A DNA stretch of 64,000 nucleotides from Gemmatimonadales bacterium (GTDB taxonomy: Bacteria; Gemmatimonadota; Gemmatimonadetes; Gemmatimonadales; GWC2-71-9). Shown one piece after another: positions 39,257 through 48,681 of this stretch; the first letter of the stretch is position 1; each line of letters starts with the position of its first letter. The stretch lies in the NCBI GenBank assembly GCA_037189525.1, contig JBBCJC010000001.1, forward strand, positions 544,001 to 608,000. The letters are read 5' to 3'. The translations under genes and the position numbers were made by a program. The notes under the pieces were generated by a model. That model ran no database searches, was not told the origin of the DNA, and saw only the letters and a list, made by a program, of their open reading frames with translations.

Positions 39257-39865
39257 CTACTTCTGGCGCGCGGCAAGAGCGCGGCGGACGTCGTCGAGCG
39301 ACGCGCCCACGGCTCGAAGGGCGACCAGCGTATGGTACACCAGATCGGCGGCCTCATCGACCGCACGCTCCCGATCGCCGTCGGCACAGGCAACGGCCAG
39401 CTCAGTCGCTTCCTCTCCCAGCTTCTTGAGGCGGAGGTTCCGATCCGCCAGCAGCTTGGTCGTATAGCCCGACCCCAGTTCGGCATTATCCGCCGCCCGA
39501 CTGGCAATGATGCCATCCAGCCGGCTCAAGACGTCCGCCGAGTCGGCGGCGTCACCAAAACACGAGACGGCCCCGGTATGACAGGCCGGCCCCGCGGGAA
39601 GAACCTGTGCCAGGACGGTATCCGCATCGCAGTCGGTCGTGAGACGCACCAGCCGCTGGGTGTTGCCGCTGGTGGCGCCCTTGTGCCAGAGCCCGCGCGT
39701 CCGCGACCGATAATGCATCTCACCAGTCGCCATCGTACGCTCCAGTGCCTCACGGTCGGCATGAGCCACCATCAGAATGCGGCCGGATACCACATCCTGC
39801 GTAACGACCGTCACCAGGCCGTTGCCCTTACTGAAATCGAGCCGGTCGAGATCGGAAGCCGTCAT
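39257..39865 (-). CDS. hisIE: Bifunctional PR-AMP cyclohydrolase/PR-ATP pyrophosphatase
   Basis: LWHKGATSGN, DCDAD, GPACHTG..SCF, KKLGEEA, EAADLVYH. Confidence 0.96.
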   Translation of the reverse strand: MTASDLDRLDFSKGNGLVTVVTQDVVSGRILMVAHADREALERTMATGEMHYRSRTRGLWHKGATSGNTQRLVRLTTDCDADTVLAQVLPAGPACHTGAVSCFGDAADSADVLSRLDGIIASRAADNAELGSGYTTKLLADRNLRLKKLGEEATELAVACADGDRERAVDEAADLVYHTLVALRAVGASLDDVRRALAARQK

Positions 39866-40638
39866 CGTTCATCCTCACCAAGCAGTTGACGAACGGTCCG
39901 ATCGAGCGCCGCGTTCGTTGCAATCGAATCACCTCCGAACCCGGTGCGCCGGCCGCGCCAATCGGTAAACACACCGCCCGCTTCCTCGATGATGGGCAGC
40001 AAGCAGGCCGAATCCCACGAGTTCATCTTGTCGTCGACCATCACATCGGCTCGACCGCTGGCCACCAGCAGGTAGCCGAAGCAGTCTCCCCAGGTGCGGA
40101 CGACCCTTGCCTGCGCAGCCAGCTGCTGCCACGCGCCCCGGCGCCGCTCATTGTCCGGATACCGCTCGTCGGTGGTGAGCACGACGGCCTGATCGAGCGA
40201 CGCCCGCTCGGATACCCGGCAACGCGAGCCGTTGAGCCAGGCCCCCTCGCCTCTCGCCGCCGCAACCAACTCGCCGGCTGCTGCGCAGTTGATCGCGCCG
40301 GCCAGGACATCTTCTCCTTCGACCACCGCCACCAGCGTACCCCAGAGCGGAACACCGGCCACGAAGCTCTTGGTCCCGTCGATCGGGTCGAGAATCCAGC
40401 GCCGCCCCGAAGCGTTACCCGACAAGCCGAACTCCTCGCCCAGAACGGCATCGTTCGGGAAACGCTTCAGGATCCAGGCGCGCGCAGCTTCCTCCGCTGT
40501 CCGATCCGCAACGGTGACCGGACTACCGTCCGCCTTCCATTCCACCGCGACCCCGGTGCCGTAGTAACTCTGTGCCACGGCCCCCGCTCGGCGCGCAACG
40601 TCGGTGACCGCCTCCAGCAGTTCTTGCATCGCGTTCAT
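39862..40638 (-). CDS. hisN: Histidinol-phosphatase, inositol monophosphatase family
   Basis: KADGSPVT, GEE, DPIDGTKSF, WGDC, WD; located inside the his operon. Confidence 0.9.
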   Translation of the reverse strand: MNAMQELLEAVTDVARRAGAVAQSYYGTGVAVEWKADGSPVTVADRTAEEAARAWILKRFPNDAVLGEEFGLSGNASGRRWILDPIDGTKSFVAGVPLWGTLVAVVEGEDVLAGAINCAAAGELVAAARGEGAWLNGSRCRVSERASLDQAVVLTTDERYPDNERRRGAWQQLAAQARVVRTWGDCFGYLLVASGRADVMVDDKMNSWDSACLLPIIEEAGGVFTDWRGRRTGFGGDSIATNAALDRTVRQLLGEDER

Positions 40639-40639
40639 T

Positions 40640-41398
40640 TCAGGTTCTCCTGGTGTCGATGCCGGCCGCAATCATCGCCGCCTTGAGTTGGCCTACGGTG
40701 GTGACGCCGTCGTGAAGGATGCCCGCGACCAGGGTCGCGCTCGCGTCGGCCCGGGTAAACGCATCGACGACGTGGGCCGCCGAGCCTGCTCCACCCGAGG
40801 CAATGACCGGAACGTCGACGGCACGCGCGATGGCGCCGGTCAGCGCCAGATCGTACCCGGTGCGCACCCCGTCGCGATCGATACTGGTCACCAGCAATTC
40901 CCCCGCACCGCGCCGCACGACTTCCTCCGCCCACGCCACGGCATCGAGCCCGGTCGGCTGACGCCCCCCTTTGGTGAAGACGCGCCAGGTCGAGCCGTCC
41001 CAGGCGGCGTCGATACTGACGACCACACACTGCGCACCGAAACGATCGGATGCAGCATGAATCACCTCGGGATGCTCGACCGCGGCCGTGTTGAGTCCGA
41101 CTTTGTCGGCGCCGGCCCGGAGCGCCTTCCCGACATCCTCCGCCGTCCGCACCCCGCCACCGATGGTCAGCGGTATGAAGAGCCGCTCGGCCGTCGCGCG
41201 CGCCAGATCCCACAAGGTCGCTCGCCCTTCGTGCGAGGCGGAGATGTCGAGGTAGACGATTTCGTCGGCCCCCTCATCTTCATAGCGGCTGGCTAGCTCG
41301 ACGGGGTCACCCAGATCTCGCAGATCCTTGAAGTGGACACCTTTGACCACCCGACCGTCCTGGACATCGAGACAGACGATCAGCCGCTTGGTGATCAT
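40640..41398 (-). CDS. hisF: Imidazole glycerol phosphate synthase cyclase subunit
   Basis: CLDV..GRVVKG, GADE, TSIDRDG, ASGG. Confidence 0.97.
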   Translation of the reverse strand: MITKRLIVCLDVQDGRVVKGVHFKDLRDLGDPVELASRYEDEGADEIVYLDISASHEGRATLWDLARATAERLFIPLTIGGGVRTAEDVGKALRAGADKVGLNTAAVEHPEVIHAASDRFGAQCVVVSIDAAWDGSTWRVFTKGGRQPTGLDAVAWAEEVVRRGAGELLVTSIDRDGVRTGYDLALTGAIARAVDVPVIASGGAGSAAHVVDAFTRADASATLVAGILHDGVTTVGQLKAAMIAAGIDTRRT

Positions 41399-41925
41399 CG
41401 CTCCACCCGAACCACGCCCTTGGTCGATGCGATCTCGTCAGTCGACTGCACCGCTTGCTTGACGGCCATGCCCAACGCTTTGAAGCCGGCCTCGACGATG
41501 TGGTGCCGATCCTGACCGCGGTGCACCAGGAGGTGAACGGTCGCCTGCGCGTTGTCCGCAAAGGATCGCATCCAGTGATCGTAGAGACTGCTCGGCAGCG
41601 GCCCCTCATAGTACGGCCGACCGCCCAGGTCGAGGACGACTTCAACCACGGCATCATCCATCGGAACCGTCTTCTGCCCGTAACGCACGATCGGCGGCGG
41701 GAACTCCTCACGCACCGCCAGCCCCAACGCAATCGCAGTATCCTCGATCAGATGATGGCGGAGATCACCGGTTGCTTCGAGCGTCAGGCCCAGACCCGCA
41801 TAACGTGCCCAGGTGACGAACATGTGATCGAGAAATGGCACCGTTGTATTGATGACGATCGGTCCGGTCCGCACCAGTTCGAGCCGAATGTTGGTTTCCT
41901 TGGTCTGCCGCGTAATCACACTCAT
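41395..41925 (-). CDS. hisB: Imidazoleglycerol-phosphate dehydratase (monofunctional)
   Basis: RQTKET, FLDHM, HHLIED, PMDD, HHIVEAGFK. Confidence 0.95.
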   Translation of the reverse strand: MSVITRQTKETNIRLELVRTGPIVINTTVPFLDHMFVTWARYAGLGLTLEATGDLRHHLIEDTAIALGLAVREEFPPPIVRYGQKTVPMDDAVVEVVLDLGGRPYYEGPLPSSLYDHWMRSFADNAQATVHLLVHRGQDRHHIVEAGFKALGMAVKQAVQSTDEIASTKGVVRVER

Positions 41926-42653
41926 CGTCCGTACTCCCGCGCCAGGGCGTCCGGATCGAGGACACCCGTGTACAATGCCATGCCGATGACCGCCCGGGAT
42001 GCCCCGGCAGCAGCCAACGACGCGATGTCATCCAGATTCCGAATCCCGCCCGATGCCTGAACCGCAAGCTGCGTATCAGCGGCGACCGCCCGGGTCAGCT
42101 CGAGATCAGGCCCTTCGAGCCGCCCCTCGAGATGGACCGCCGTGACCAGCACCCCGGCCAGCGGCAACCGGTCGAGAGCTCCCAGCACCTCGCCGATCTG
42201 CCGTCCCGACCCCAGCGCCCACCCCCGGGTGACCACTTCCCGTCCATGGACATCCGCCGCCACCACGATCCGGCCGGGCCAGCGATGCGCCTGATCCGCA
42301 AGCCAGGCATGATCCTCGATGGCCTTGGTGCCCACGACGACGCGATCGACACCTAACGACAAGGTCGCTTCGATCCGGTCCGCCGACCGCATTCCGCCAC
42401 CGACCTGCAGCAATACCGGACGGGATGCGTCCCGGCCCACCGCGCTGACAATGGCCGCAATGACCGAAGCATTGTCGCCCCGCCCAGTCGCCGCGTCCAG
42501 GTCGACGATATGCAGTTCGCCGAACCCGCGTGCCTGCCACCCCAACGCTACGCCGGCCGGATCGGGAAGCCGGACGCGCTCCGCATCGTACGCCCCCCCG
42601 ACCAGCTGGACACACGCCCCCTCCCGCAGATCGACCGCCGGCACCGCAATCAT
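41922..42653 (-). CDS. hisA: ProFAR isomerase
   Basis: PAVDLREGACVQL, HIVDLD, QVGGG, ASGG. Confidence 0.95.
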   Translation of the reverse strand: MIAVPAVDLREGACVQLVGGAYDAERVRLPDPAGVALGWQARGFGELHIVDLDAATGRGDNASVIAAIVSAVGRDASRPVLLQVGGGMRSADRIEATLSLGVDRVVVGTKAIEDHAWLADQAHRWPGRIVVAADVHGREVVTRGWALGSGRQIGEVLGALDRLPLAGVLVTAVHLEGRLEGPDLELTRAVAADTQLAVQASGGIRNLDDIASLAAAGASRAVIGMALYTGVLDPDALAREYGR

Positions 42654-43240
42654 ACCCGCACCTCGGCGAGAAATGCCGCGATGACCTGGAGACCCGGACT
42701 CGAACTTTTCTCGGGGTGAAACTGGATGCCCAGAGTACGACCTCGGCGCACCGCCGCCGGAAATCGATCGCCCTCGTACCGGCTCCACGCCACTACCGCA
42801 CCCGGATCGGTCGGCCGCCCGACGAAGCTGTTGGCATAGTACCCGTGAGTAATGGCCATCAAGCTCGGCTCGCGCGCCTCCTCGATCAGATTCCAGCCAA
42901 TCTGCGGCAGCCGAGTCGCCGCGATGCGGGTCACCCGCCCGTCGACCACGCCGAGCCCCGCTCCTTCTCCCTCGTCCGACCCATCGAACAGGAGTTGGAG
43001 ACCCAAACAGATGCCCAGACACGGCAATCCGCCTAACAGTGCCTGGCGCATGACCTCCCGCCCTGGCGCAAGCCGCGCAGCCGCCGGTTCGAAGGCTCCG
43101 ACTCCGGGCAGCACCAGGACGTCGGTTTCGACCGCGCGGGCTGGATCGACTTCGACGGTCGGCTCCACACCGGCAGCCGCGATGGCCTTCATCAGCGAGT
43201 GGAGGTTACCGGCTCCATAATCGAACAGCGTGACCTTCAT
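42650..43240 (-). CDS. hisH: IGP synthase glutaminase subunit
   Basis: DYGAGN, LPGVG, GICLG, QFHPEKS. Confidence 0.96.
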   Translation of the reverse strand: MKVTLFDYGAGNLHSLMKAIAAAGVEPTVEVDPARAVETDVLVLPGVGAFEPAAARLAPGREVMRQALLGGLPCLGICLGLQLLFDGSDEGEGAGLGVVDGRVTRIAATRLPQIGWNLIEEAREPSLMAITHGYYANSFVGRPTDPGAVVAWSRYEGDRFPAAVRRGRTLGIQFHPEKSSSPGLQVIAAFLAEVRV

Positions 43241-44283
43241 GCCCGAATCTCTCGAATCACCTCGAGGAATCGCTCCATCATCGGCTCAGGCCCGATCGAA
43301 ACCCGGATCAGGTTGCCCACCACCGGCGCATCGACGAACGGACGGACGCCGATACCACGATCGGCCATCAGCTCGACCACGCCCTTGGGGTCCTCGACCG
43401 GGATCGAGAGGAAGTTGGTATCGGTCTCTGGAACCTCGAATCGCAGCGCGAGCAGGCGCTGCCGTACTCCTTCGCGCACCTTGCGGGTCGTCGCCACCAG
43501 CTCGTCGAGCCAGGCTCCATCGTGGTCGAGCGCCGCCGTGGCCGCCAGCTCCGCTACGGCACTGACCTTGTAGGGGCCGCGCGCCTTCTCGATCTCATAG
43601 ATGAGACCGGGCGACGCAACCGCATAGCCGATCCGAAGCCCCGCCAGACCCCACGCTTTGGAAAAGGTTCGGGTGACCACCACGTTGGCCCGCCCCGCCG
43701 CTTCCTGCGCCCAGCTTCCGCCGGTGTACTCGGTGTAGGCCTCGTCGAGCATCACGATTCCCGGCGCGCGATCCATCAACGCACGCACCGCGTCGGCCGA
43801 GGCAGCTTGGCCGCTCGGGTTGTTCGGCGTGGCGACGTAGATGATGGGCGCCTTGGTGGCCAGCAATGCTTCGACATCGGGCTGCCCATTAGGGTTGGTC
43901 GGCACCGGAACCGGCACCAGCGAATTGGACGCCGCGAAGTGCGACCCCATCACGAACGTCGGCGACACGTGCGCCAGCGTACTGCCCGGTACGCCGAGTG
44001 CGCGCATGGTGGAGTCGAGCAGATCGTTGGACCCGCACCCCGGCAACACTGCGTCTGCGGGAACACCGAGCCAGCGGGCCAGGCTCTCCCGGAGCTGCTG
44101 CGTGGCCAGCGTCGGATAGGACGCTGGGCTTCGGGTCGACCACTGCGCCAGCGACGCCAATGCCGACGGCGCCGAGCCGAAGAGATTGGTGTTGTCGGCC
44201 AGATTGATCTCGACCGGACGGGCTTCACGCCGGTAGACCTCGAGCGCCTGGTATCCCGGGCGCGGCTCCACAGTTTTCGTCAT
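43237..44283 (-). CDS. hisC: Histidinol-phosphate aminotransferase
   Basis: PNNPSG, DEAY, RTFSKAWGLAGLRIG. Confidence 0.95.
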   Translation of the reverse strand: MTKTVEPRPGYQALEVYRREARPVEINLADNTNLFGSAPSALASLAQWSTRSPASYPTLATQQLRESLARWLGVPADAVLPGCGSNDLLDSTMRALGVPGSTLAHVSPTFVMGSHFAASNSLVPVPVPTNPNGQPDVEALLATKAPIIYVATPNNPSGQAASADAVRALMDRAPGIVMLDEAYTEYTGGSWAQEAAGRANVVVTRTFSKAWGLAGLRIGYAVASPGLIYEIEKARGPYKVSAVAELAATAALDHDGAWLDELVATTRKVREGVRQRLLALRFEVPETDTNFLSIPVEDPKGVVELMADRGIGVRPFVDAPVVGNLIRVSIGPEPMMERFLEVIREIRA

Positions 44284-44319
44284 CGTCCGCTCGCTTGATC
44301 GTATCGTGCCAAACGCATC

Positions 44320-45624
44320 TCACTTCGTCCCACGGAGTGCCGCGGCCCTCGCGTGACCAGGCAGCCCCTCTGCCAACGCCAGCGTCGTCGTATCGTCCGT
44401 CAGCCGCGCAGCTGCTTCGGGCGACACCGTCTGGTAACTGGTCCATCGCATGAAATCTTCCGGACCCAGCCCTGAATAGCTGCGCCCCAGCCCGGCGGTC
44501 GGCAGGACGTGATTACCGCCCGTCAGATAGTCCCCGAATGCCACCGAGCTGGCCGAGCCGATGAAAACCGCGCCGGCCACGGTGAAGCGATCGCGAGCAC
44601 GCTCCGCACCGTCAAAGGCCAGCAGGAGATGCTCGGCCGCAAAGTCGTTGGCAAAATCGACCGCCTGATCCAGCGTATCCACGGTGAGAATGCCTCCGTA
44701 CCCGGCAAGGGCGGCGGTGACGATCTCCCCGCGCGGCGCGGCGGCAACGGCGCGGTCGAGCGCAGCCTCGATCCGGGCGGCGGTGGCCGGAACGCCGACG
44801 ATCACTGCAATCGCCACGGCATCGGGATCGTGTTCCGCCTGCGCCACCAGTTCGGCGGCCACCAGATCGGGATCGGCATCGGCGTCGGCTACCACCAGGA
44901 TTTCACTCGGTCCGGCGGGGCCATCGATGCCGACCCGGTTGGAGACCTGGAGCTTGGCTTCCATAACATACGCGTTGCCGGGCCCGACGATCCGATCGAC
45001 CCGTGGTACGGAGGCGGTGCCGTACGCCAGCGCAGCTATCGCTTGCGCGCCGCCCAGCGCAAAGACCCGATCGGCGCCCGCCAGCAGGCAGGCCGCCAGG
45101 ATCGGATCCGCCGGAGCGCCGTTAGGTCCGGCCGGGGAGGTCACGATGACCTCTCCGACGCCGGCGACCTTGGCCGGCACCACCCCCATCAGCACCGAAC
45201 TCGGGTAGACGGCCCGTCCGCCAGGTACGTAGACGCCGACCCGCGCCAGCGGAAACGGCCTACGCTCGAGCACCACTCCCGGTTCGGTTTCCACGATGGC
45301 GCCGGTCGGAAGCCAGGCCCGATGCGAGGTCGCGAGGTTGGCTGCCGCGCGTTCGAGCCCCCGACGTACCCCGACGTCGATCCGGTCGAGCGCCCGAGCC
45401 CAGGCGGTGCGCGGTACTTCGAGGGCATCGAGCTCGGCGCGATCGAAACGCCGCGTCAACTCACGTAACGCCACATCGCCACGGGTGCGTACGTCGTCGA
45501 TGATGGCCGAAACCGCGTCGCGCACCGCCGAGGCGTCGGCCACCGCGCGATCACGCAATGCGCGCCTGGCGCCGGCATCCAGGTCATCGAGCCGCCCGCG
45601 GAACCGCAACCCGATCGGACTCAC
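44320..45624 (-). CDS. hisD: Histidinol dehydrogenase
   Basis: YVPGG, GPGN, AGPSE, QAEH, EHL, GDY..G.NHVLPT; GTG start overlapping the hisG stop. Confidence 0.96.
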   Translation of the reverse strand: MSPIGLRFRGRLDDLDAGARRALRDRAVADASAVRDAVSAIIDDVRTRGDVALRELTRRFDRAELDALEVPRTAWARALDRIDVGVRRGLERAAANLATSHRAWLPTGAIVETEPGVVLERRPFPLARVGVYVPGGRAVYPSSVLMGVVPAKVAGVGEVIVTSPAGPNGAPADPILAACLLAGADRVFALGGAQAIAALAYGTASVPRVDRIVGPGNAYVMEAKLQVSNRVGIDGPAGPSEILVVADADADPDLVAAELVAQAEHDPDAVAIAVIVGVPATAARIEAALDRAVAAAPRGEIVTAALAGYGGILTVDTLDQAVDFANDFAAEHLLLAFDGAERARDRFTVAGAVFIGSASSVAFGDYLTGGNHVLPTAGLGRSYSGLGPEDFMRWTSYQTVSPEAAARLTDDTTTLALAEGLPGHARAAALRGTK

Positions 45625-46478
45625 GGCATCAGCCTTTCGATCCGAGTCACCAGAATTCCTTCGGCCCCCAGCGCCTTGAGCTCCGCGATGATTCGGTCGA
45701 CCGACTTGGCCGGCACCACTGCGTGAACCGCGACATGCAAGCCACCGTTGAGCAAGTCGATCACCGTCGGACCGTTGATCCCCGGCACCACCTGCTTGAC
45801 CTGATCGAGCACCGTCCTCGGCACGTTGGCCATCAGGTAGCGCTGCCCCCGCGCACGCACCACCGACTCGAGGCGTACCACCAGCCGGTCGATGGCCACC
45901 TTGGATTCGGCCGGGAGGTTGCGTCCGGCAATCAGGCGGGCGCTCGAATCGATGATGGTGACAACCTCGCGGAGACCATTCACTTTGAGGGTCGACCCGG
46001 TCGACACTAGATCGACGATCAGGTCTGCGATCCCCACGTGCGGCGCGATTTCGGTGGCCCCCGACACCGGAACCAGCGTCACCTCGCAGCCGGCCCGTTC
46101 GAAAAATCGCGCCGCAATGCCGGGAAAGACCGTCGCTACCCGCGCACCGCGGGGAATGTCGTCGACCGTGGCAATGCCGCTTTCCTCCCTTGCCGCCACC
46201 ACGATCCGACATTTTCCAAAGCCGAGATCCAGCCGGTCATCCAGCTCACGAGCCGACTCGGCCACCAGGTCCATTCCGGTAATGCCGGCCTGCGCCGCGC
46301 CGTCCGCGACGAACTCCGGGATATCCTGCGATCGAACGAAAATGGCCTGGTACTCGTCGCCCAGCGTGGCAATCAACGCGCGGTCGCTCTGGAGGCGGAC
46401 GCCAAGCCCCGCGTCCTCGAGCAGCTCGCGGGCATCGTCGGCCAGCCGGCCCTTGTTCGGTAAGGCGATCTTGATCAT
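45621..46478 (-). CDS. hisG: ATP phosphoribosyltransferase, long form
   Basis: ALPNKGRL, RSQDIP, DLVSTGSTL, C-terminal regulatory domain. Confidence 0.97.
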   Translation of the reverse strand: MIKIALPNKGRLADDARELLEDAGLGVRLQSDRALIATLGDEYQAIFVRSQDIPEFVADGAAQAGITGMDLVAESARELDDRLDLGFGKCRIVVAAREESGIATVDDIPRGARVATVFPGIAARFFERAGCEVTLVPVSGATEIAPHVGIADLIVDLVSTGSTLKVNGLREVVTIIDSSARLIAGRNLPAESKVAIDRLVVRLESVVRARGQRYLMANVPRTVLDQVKQVVPGINGPTVIDLLNGGLHVAVHAVVPAKSVDRIIAELKALGAEGILVTRIERLMP

Positions 46479-46510
46479 TCAAAACCCTCGACATCCGTGT
46501 TGCCGCCAAT

Positions 46511-46534
46511 AAAAAAGCCCGCCAAAGGACGGGC
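46511..46534 (-). terminator. his attenuator terminator
   Basis: Minus strand GCCCGTC-CTTT-GGCGGGC-TTTTTT between the leader and hisG. Confidence 0.85.
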
Positions 46535-46567
46535 CGCGGGCTGCTCGATTGCGCTGTCTGGCGTCTG

Positions 46568-46654
46568 CTAGGCGACGACCACGAGCGCAGAGCACATCCC
46601 GGCCCGAGAGCCGTGATGATGATGCGCGTGATGGTGGCCACGAATTGCAGACAT
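46568..46654 (-). CDS. hisL: his operon leader peptide MSAIRGHHHAHHHHGSRAGMCSALVVVA
   Basis: 28 codons with 7 His in 8 positions, upstream of the terminator and hisG. Confidence 0.88.
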   Translation of the reverse strand: MSAIRGHHHAHHHHGSRAGMCSALVVVA

Positions 46655-46685
46655 CCTTAATGACTACGGGAGCGGTGTCGCCCTG

Positions 46686-47357
46686 TCAAGCACCTCGCGG
46701 CCTGGTCCGACCCCTACCGGCCGGCCTTGGCGACTCGCCGTCGGCACATGCCTGGAGCATCGGCGCCAACGCCGCAATCAGCCGTTCCGCATCCGCGTGA
46801 CTCAGGGCCTCGGTTCGGACCACCTGCCTGAGAGCATGCACTCCGGCAAAGCAGGCAAAGACCAACTCGGCCCGGAGCGCCGCATCGGGACCGCCGAGCC
46901 AGGCTGCAAGCCGTGGTACGGCGTCCTGGTCCAGCACCTCGCGCACCATCGCCGACACCGTAGGACTGCCGAGGGAATGCACCACATACGAAACGTTGCC
47001 CGGCGCGGGTGATTCCACGGTGGTCTCCCCAACTCGCGGCTCAGCGTCGCCGTAGACGATGATCCGGGCAACCGCCTCACCGAAGCGCTCCCGATTCCCC
47101 AGAAGTCGCTCGAAAAAGTAGGGCTTGCCGCTATTCAGGACCTCGCGGAAGAGCTGCTCCTTGGTGCCAAAGTAGCGGTTGACCAGGGCGGCTGTGGCGC
47201 CGGCGGCCGTGGCGATGTCGCGCAGCCCGACGTGCTCATACGCCCGGGTCGCGAACAGGTCGCGAGCGGCCTCCAGGATGGCCAGCCTGGTGGCTTCCCC
47301 TCCTCCCCGCACCCCTCGCCGACCGCGGCCGGTGGCGGGCGATTTCTCGGTAGACAT
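46686..47357 (-). CDS. TetR/AcrR-family regulator
   Basis: TRLAILEAARDLF...LRDIA..AG....LVNRYFGTKE. Confidence 0.93.
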   Translation of the reverse strand: MSTEKSPATGRGRRGVRGGGEATRLAILEAARDLFATRAYEHVGLRDIATAAGATAALVNRYFGTKEQLFREVLNSGKPYFFERLLGNRERFGEAVARIIVYGDAEPRVGETTVESPAPGNVSYVVHSLGSPTVSAMVREVLDQDAVPRLAAWLGGPDAALRAELVFACFAGVHALRQVVRTEALSHADAERLIAALAPMLQACADGESPRPAGRGRTRPRGA

Positions 47358-47364
47358 TCAAAAG

Positions 47365-47434
47365 GTATACAAGTGTTGACAAATCAGCGCAAGTTCAATA
47401 TCGTATACAGTAGTTTACATAAACAGACGTAGAC
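47365..47434. promoter_or_regulatory. Three TetR-type operators plus SDR promoter
   Basis: GTATAC-N4-GTTGAC, GTATAC-N4-GTTTAC, ATAAAC-N4-GTAGAC; TTGACA (47376) - 17 nt - TATCGT. Confidence 0.72.
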
Positions 47435-47457
47435 AAAATCAGCCGGGAGACAACACA

Positions 47458-48207
47458 ATGAAAACGGTCCTGATTACGGGTTCTTCCTCGGGATATGGCC
47501 TCGAAACTGCCCGCCACTTCCTGGCGCACGGCTGGCACGTCGTGGCGACGATGCGCACGCCCCGCCCCAATCTTTTTTCGCCATCGGACCGAGTCGAAGT
47601 CCTACCGCTCGACGTCACGAAGCCGGAGAGTATCGTCGCCGCGCTGACTGCTGCAGGACCGATCGATGTCCTGGTCAACAACGCCGGTATCGGTGTCATC
47701 GGCGTTTTCGAGGTCACTCCAATGGCCACGGTACGAGAGGTCTTCGAAACCAACACCTTCGGCGCGATGACGATGACACAGGCCGTGCTGCCCCAGTTTC
47801 GTGAGCGGCGATCGGGTGTGGTGGTGAATGTGACCTCGAGCGTGACGCTGGCGCCGCATCCGTTGGCCGCAGCCTATACGGCGAGCAAGACAGCAATCGA
47901 AGGGTTTACGGGCTCGCTGGCACATGAGCTGGCGAACTTCGGTGTGCGCGTCAAGCTGGTGGAGCCGGGTTATGCTCCGACCACGCGGTTCACCGACAAC
48001 GGGCAGGCACGCATGGCAGGGCTGTTTCCGGAAACCTATGCGGCCTTCACAGCCCCGATCATGGAGGCTTTTGCACAGGTAACGACTTTCACGAGCGAGT
48101 CTGACGTGGCTGAAGCTTTGTATCGGGCCACGAACGATACGACGGAGCAGCTTCGATTCCCGGCAGGTCCGGATGCGGTCGCGCTGATGGAAGCTGTGTC
48201 CCGCTGA
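47458..48207 (+). CDS. SDR-family oxidoreductase
   Basis: TGSSSGYG, NNAG, YTASK. Confidence 0.94.
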   Translation: MKTVLITGSSSGYGLETARHFLAHGWHVVATMRTPRPNLFSPSDRVEVLPLDVTKPESIVAALTAAGPIDVLVNNAGIGVIGVFEVTPMATVREVFETNTFGAMTMTQAVLPQFRERRSGVVVNVTSSVTLAPHPLAAAYTASKTAIEGFTGSLAHELANFGVRVKLVEPGYAPTTRFTDNGQARMAGLFPETYAAFTAPIMEAFAQVTTFTSESDVAEALYRATNDTTEQLRFPAGPDAVALMEAVSR

Positions 48208-48228
48208 CGAGCGATCACCGCGGCAGGA

Positions 48229-48681
48229 TCACGCCTCGGTCAGGTCACGGATGTGGCGAATGACCCTCGCCTGACCCGCCTTGTTCCGAGTTGCAAGGAA
48301 GATGGTGTCGTCGCCGGAGATGTTGCCCAGGACATCCGGCCAGGCCAGGCGGTCGATGGCGATTCCGACCCGATTTGCTTCCCCCGGCGGAGTGTGGATG
48401 ACGATCAGCACATCGCCGGCGGGATTGTAGGCCAGCACCCCTTCGACGATGCGCTGCTCGTCCTGATCGAGCCGAGGCGGGCGGGTCACCGCGGGCCGAT
48501 GATAGACGCCATCGACCTTGACGAGGTTGAGCGCCGAGATGTCGCGGCTGACCGACGACTGCGTCACATCCCATCCCTCGCGAGCCAGCGCGTCGGCCAG
48601 TTCTTCCTGGGTCCGGATCGCGTGAGTCTCGATCAACTCGAGGATCTTGAGATGACGCTGGCGCCGGTCGCCGCGGATCAT
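48229..48681 (-). CDS. argR: Arginine repressor
   Basis: TQEEL, TQSSVSRD, SGDDT; ATG overlaps the argH stop. Confidence 0.93.
   Translation of the reverse strand: MIRGDRRQRHLKILELIETHAIRTQEELADALAREGWDVTQSSVSRDISALNLVKVDGVYHRPAVTRPPRLDQDEQRIVEGVLAYNPAGDVLIVIHTPPGEANRVGIAIDRLAWPDVLGNISGDDTIFLATRNKAGQARVIRHIRDLTEA

Noticed and set aside
46246..46641. 131-aa ORF MATITRIII upstream of hisG
   Set aside because: Wrong frame of the His-rich leader; it crosses the terminator and hisG.
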